A stretch of DNA of 64,000 nt, taken from the NCBI GenBank assembly GCA_031552765.1, contig JAVBME010000005.1, positions 9,328-73,327 on the forward strand, written 5' to 3'. This document shows positions 60,954-64,000 of the stretch, one piece after another. Numbering within the stretch: the first letter of the stretch is position 1; every line of letters begins with the position of its first letter. Below the pieces are notes generated by a model that saw nothing but the letters and a program-made list of their open reading frames with translations, made no database searches and had not been told where the DNA came from. The position numbers and the translations under genes are program-made. The stretch is from Acidaminococcales bacterium (GTDB lineage Bacteria > Bacillota > Negativicutes > Acidaminococcales > JAISLQ01).

Positions 60954-61097
60954 ATGAAAAAGCATGTGAAAACAGTAAATAAAGGCGATCTGGGCAAAAC
61001 GGTACGTACCGGCGGTTGCGGCGAATGCCCGTCTTCTTGCCAGTCTGCCTGCAAGACATCTTGCACGGTAGGCAATCAGGTCTGCGAAAGAAAATAA
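60954..61097 (+). CDS. scfA: SCIFF six-cysteine ranthipeptide precursor (47 aa; below ORF-track cut-off)
   Basis: ATG 60954 lies 6 nt after GGAGG (60943-60947). Peptide: MKKHVKTVNKGDLGKTVRTGGCGECPSSCQSACKTSCTVGNQVCERK. The core GGCGEC..SCQSACKTSCTVGNQVCE matches the SCIFF core as I remember it. Confidence 0.88.
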   Translation: MKKHVKTVNKGDLGKTVRTGGCGECPSSCQSACKTSCTVGNQVCERK

Positions 61098-61118
61098 AGC
61101 ATTGCCAAAAAAGTATAA

Positions 61119-61151
61119 AGCTCCTTGCTCTTGGCAAGGAGCTGATTTTTT
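61119..61151 (+). terminator. Intercistronic hairpin/attenuator between precursor and maturase
   Basis: 10-bp stem AGCTCCTTGC-TCTTG-GCAAGGAGCT (61119-61143) followed by GA-T6. Confidence 0.65.
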
Positions 61152-61170
61152 CAAAAACAGGAGAGATATT

Positions 61171-62514
61171 TTGTTGATACATAAATTCACCCTGGGCGAG
61201 ACCAGGATAGTGCTTGATATAAATAGCGGGGCGATACACTTGGTGGACGGGCTGCTATATGACCTGCTGGATGTTTTTGACGGCGCCAACAAAGATGATG
61301 TAAGACAATTTTTTGCCGGCAGGTATGCAGACGGTGAAATAGAAGAGGGACTGAATGAACTGGCCGCGCTGGTCGAAGAAGGTTTGCTGTTCACGCCGCC
61401 GGCCCCGGCCGGGGAGTTTTTTTCCGAACAGCCGATAGTAAAATCCCTCTGCCTGCATATCGCGCATGACTGCAATCTGCGCTGCCGCTACTGTTTTGCC
61501 AGTACGGGCGGTTTTGGCGCCGCGCGTTCTTTGATGAGTAAAGAAACCGGCGAGGCGGCGGTGGAATTTGCCATTGCCGGCAGCCAGGGTCGGACAAACC
61601 TCGACATAGATTTTTTCGGCGGTGAGCCGCTCTTGAACAAGGAAGTAGTGATACACCTGGTAAACTATGCCCGCCGCCGCGAACAAGAGGCCGGTAAGAA
61701 CATCAAGCTGACGCTGACTACCAATGGCGTTTTGCTTGATGAGGAGATGACCGATTTTCTTTATGCCAATAGGGTGCTACTGGTGTTAAGCCTGGACGGG
61801 CGGCCCGGCGTGCATGACAATATGCGTCCTTTTGCCGGCGGCCGAGGCAGTTACCAGGCGGCGGCCGCCAATTTTAAAAAAGCGATAGATTTGCGCCAGG
61901 GGAAAGATTACTACCTGCGCGGTACCTATACCAGCGAAAACCTTGATTTTGCCGAGGATGTCCTGCACATGGCCAGTATCGGCAAAGAATTGTCCATGGA
62001 ACCGGTGGTAGAAAAAGACGCGCCATACCGCATAAAAGAAGAAGACCTGCCGCACGTTTTTGCCGAGTACGAAAAACTGGCCCATATCTATATAGAAAAG
62101 CAAAAGAAAGGTGAAGGATTTAACTTCTTTCATTTCAATATAGCTCTCGACGGCGGCCCCTGCCTGCTCAAGCGCTTGGCCGGCTGCGGCGCCGGGCATG
62201 AATATTTTGCCATAACGCCGGAAGGCGACATATATCCTTGCCATCAATTTGTCGGGCGTGAGCAATATAAAATGGGTAGCCTGGCCGAAGGCATCACCAG
62301 GCCGGATAAGACGCAGGAATTCCGTCGCGCCCATATACTTAATAAACCCGACTGCATGGCTTGCTGGGCGAAATTTTATTGCAGCGGCGGCTGCCACGCC
62401 AATGCCGATTTAATGAACGGCGATATATTAAAACCATATGAATTAGGCTGTGAAATACAGAAAAAACGCCTGGAATGCGCAATAGCGGCACAGGCTATTC
62501 TGGCATCGGAATAA
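61171..62514 (+). CDS. scfB: SCIFF radical SAM/SPASM maturase
   Basis: ORF 61102..62514; the likely start is TTG 61171, after CAGGAGAG. Has CNLRCRYC (CX3CX2C). C-terminal SPASM cysteines are CGAG...YPCHQF...CMACWAKFYCSGGC. Confidence 0.87.
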   Translation: MLIHKFTLGETRIVLDINSGAIHLVDGLLYDLLDVFDGANKDDVRQFFAGRYADGEIEEGLNELAALVEEGLLFTPPAPAGEFFSEQPIVKSLCLHIAHDCNLRCRYCFASTGGFGAARSLMSKETGEAAVEFAIAGSQGRTNLDIDFFGGEPLLNKEVVIHLVNYARRREQEAGKNIKLTLTTNGVLLDEEMTDFLYANRVLLVLSLDGRPGVHDNMRPFAGGRGSYQAAAANFKKAIDLRQGKDYYLRGTYTSENLDFAEDVLHMASIGKELSMEPVVEKDAPYRIKEEDLPHVFAEYEKLAHIYIEKQKKGEGFNFFHFNIALDGGPCLLKRLAGCGAGHEYFAITPEGDIYPCHQFVGREQYKMGSLAEGITRPDKTQEFRRAHILNKPDCMACWAKFYCSGGCHANADLMNGDILKPYELGCEIQKKRLECAIAAQAILASE

Positions 62515-62527
62515 TATAATCAAACAA

Positions 62528-62564
62528 CCTGAAAACCGCAACGGCCTTTGCGCTGGTTTTCAGG
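62528..62564 (+). other. Long interrupted hairpin after scfB (no U-tract)
   Basis: CCTGAAAACC (62528-62537) pairs with GGTTTTCAGG (62555-62564), with an inner GCAA/TTGC stem. Confidence 0.5.
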
Positions 62565-62720
62565 TCGCCCGATTATAAGCAGGAAAATGGAAAAAGTTGG
62601 CGAATAAATAATTATATTAAGCGTGTAAAGAGTAAAGCTTTACTAAAATGAAGCGGGAGTATATAATAATTGTGGGACAAAAAATGTTCCGCAGTTCGCC
62701 TGAGCGACCCGGAGGAAGAA

Positions 62721-63767
62721 ATGGACGCTTTTTTGAATGTGCAAAAAAAGCTGGCGCCTGAGCTGGCCGGCCTTTTGCAACTGCGCTACAATATTTTGCG
62801 CCAAATCATGCTCAACCAGCCGGTAGGGCGCCGAGCACTGGCGCAGCAAACTGCAAAAAGCGAACGAGTATTGCGTTCACATGTAGATTTTTTAAAGAGC
62901 GAAGAGTTGATAAACTTTTCGCATTTTGGCATGTCTATCACGCCCGCGGGACGGGAGGTTCTTGAAGTCATGTCTGGCTATATGGCACAGGCGCAGGGGA
63001 TAAGCAGGCTGGAAGAACTTTTGCCCGGCTACCTGCCGGTAAAGAAGGTAGTTATCGCGGCTGGCGACAGCGACAGAGAAGGCCTGGCGGAACTGGGAGA
63101 CATAGCGGCGGCCCAGCTTTGCCGCTTGCTGGCGGCAGGCGAAAAAACGGTGGCGGTCAGCGGCGGCTCGACCATGCTGGCGCTGGCGGAGGCCGTGAAA
63201 GATAAATACCCCGCCGTACTGGTCGCGCCGGCGCGGGGCGGCCTGGGCGGCAACGCCAGGCAGCAGGCCAATAGTATTGCGGCATTGCTGGCTGGCCGGC
63301 TGGACGCCAAATATTGCCAGCTGTATATTCCGGATGCGGTCAGCCCGGACACGCTGGCGGTCATCCTCTCGGAAGACCGGGCTTTGCGGGAGGCGGTAGA
63401 AACCATGAAGAATGCTGACGTGATGGTACACGGCATAGGCAGCGCCGTGCAGATGGCGCAAAGAAGGGAGCTAGGACCTGCGGTTCTGGCCGAACTTAAG
63501 GCGGCCGGGGCGATAGGCGAGGCGCTAGGAAAATATTTTACCATTGACGGTAAGGAAGTACAGCTGAAAAAGAAAGCCGCGACGCTGCTGGATAACTTTT
63601 CCGGCATAGGGGCGGTTATGGCGGTAGCGGGCGGTAAAGACAAAGCGGAAGCGGTCATAGCGGTCTGCCGTGCCGGCCATGTGGATATACTTGTTACAGA
63701 TTGGGCCGCAGCCGCGGAAATGTCTGAAATCTTGCAAGAGCGCAAGAAGCTGGCTAATGAAAGGTAG
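62721..63767 (+). CDS. cggR: SorC-family central glycolytic genes regulator
   Basis: ATG 62721 follows GGAGG. An N-terminal HTH precedes a sugar-binding domain. It sits immediately upstream of gap, as in Bacillus. Confidence 0.85.
   Translation: MDAFLNVQKKLAPELAGLLQLRYNILRQIMLNQPVGRRALAQQTAKSERVLRSHVDFLKSEELINFSHFGMSITPAGREVLEVMSGYMAQAQGISRLEELLPGYLPVKKVVIAAGDSDREGLAELGDIAAAQLCRLLAAGEKTVAVSGGSTMLALAEAVKDKYPAVLVAPARGGLGGNARQQANSIAALLAGRLDAKYCQLYIPDAVSPDTLAVILSEDRALREAVETMKNADVMVHGIGSAVQMAQRRELGPAVLAELKAAGAIGEALGKYFTIDGKEVQLKKKAATLLDNFSGIGAVMAVAGGKDKAEAVIAVCRAGHVDILVTDWAAAAEMSEILQERKKLANER

Positions 63768-64000
<233 letters not shown>

Overview
A 64 kb chromosomal segment of about 50% GC, with nearly all genes on the + strand after about 15.1 kb. 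Gene order is Firmicutes-like: tRNA-Ser/SRP RNA-dnaX-ybaB-recR-bofA, hpf-secA-prfB, ftsEX-M23-S41, uvrB-uvrA-uvrC, ftsH, rapZ-yvcK-whiA and cggR-gap. The left end carries an LPS-core/O-antigen-ligase cluster (two GT9 heptosyltransferases, two GT2, one WaaL-like). LPS genes together with bofA, csaB, T-box and S-box elements suggest a spore-forming diderm Firmicute (Negativicutes); this is an inference. I saw no CRISPR array, transposase, integrase or prophage genes, so most of the window is ordinary housekeeping DNA. RNA and recoding features read from the sequence are a SAM-I riboswitch before metF, a Trp T-box before an orphan trpB with a duplicated antiterminator/terminator module, tRNA-Ser(GGA), a short SRP RNA and the prfB +1 frameshift. 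A 47-codon SCIFF ranthipeptide gene, too short for the ORF track, sits next to its radical-SAM maturase. The strongest candidate for something undescribed is a 1442-aa DUF4011/Upf1-like SF1 helicase plus DUF559-like nuclease homolog (52491-56819). Its recognisable catalytic motifs all appear substituted, and it sits directly in front of rapZ-yvcK-whiA. Secondary candidates are three unclassified structured RNA or leader regions: 22068-22300, 31381-31500 and the panD leader at 8228-8358. All family assignments come from motif recognition by eye; no searches were run.
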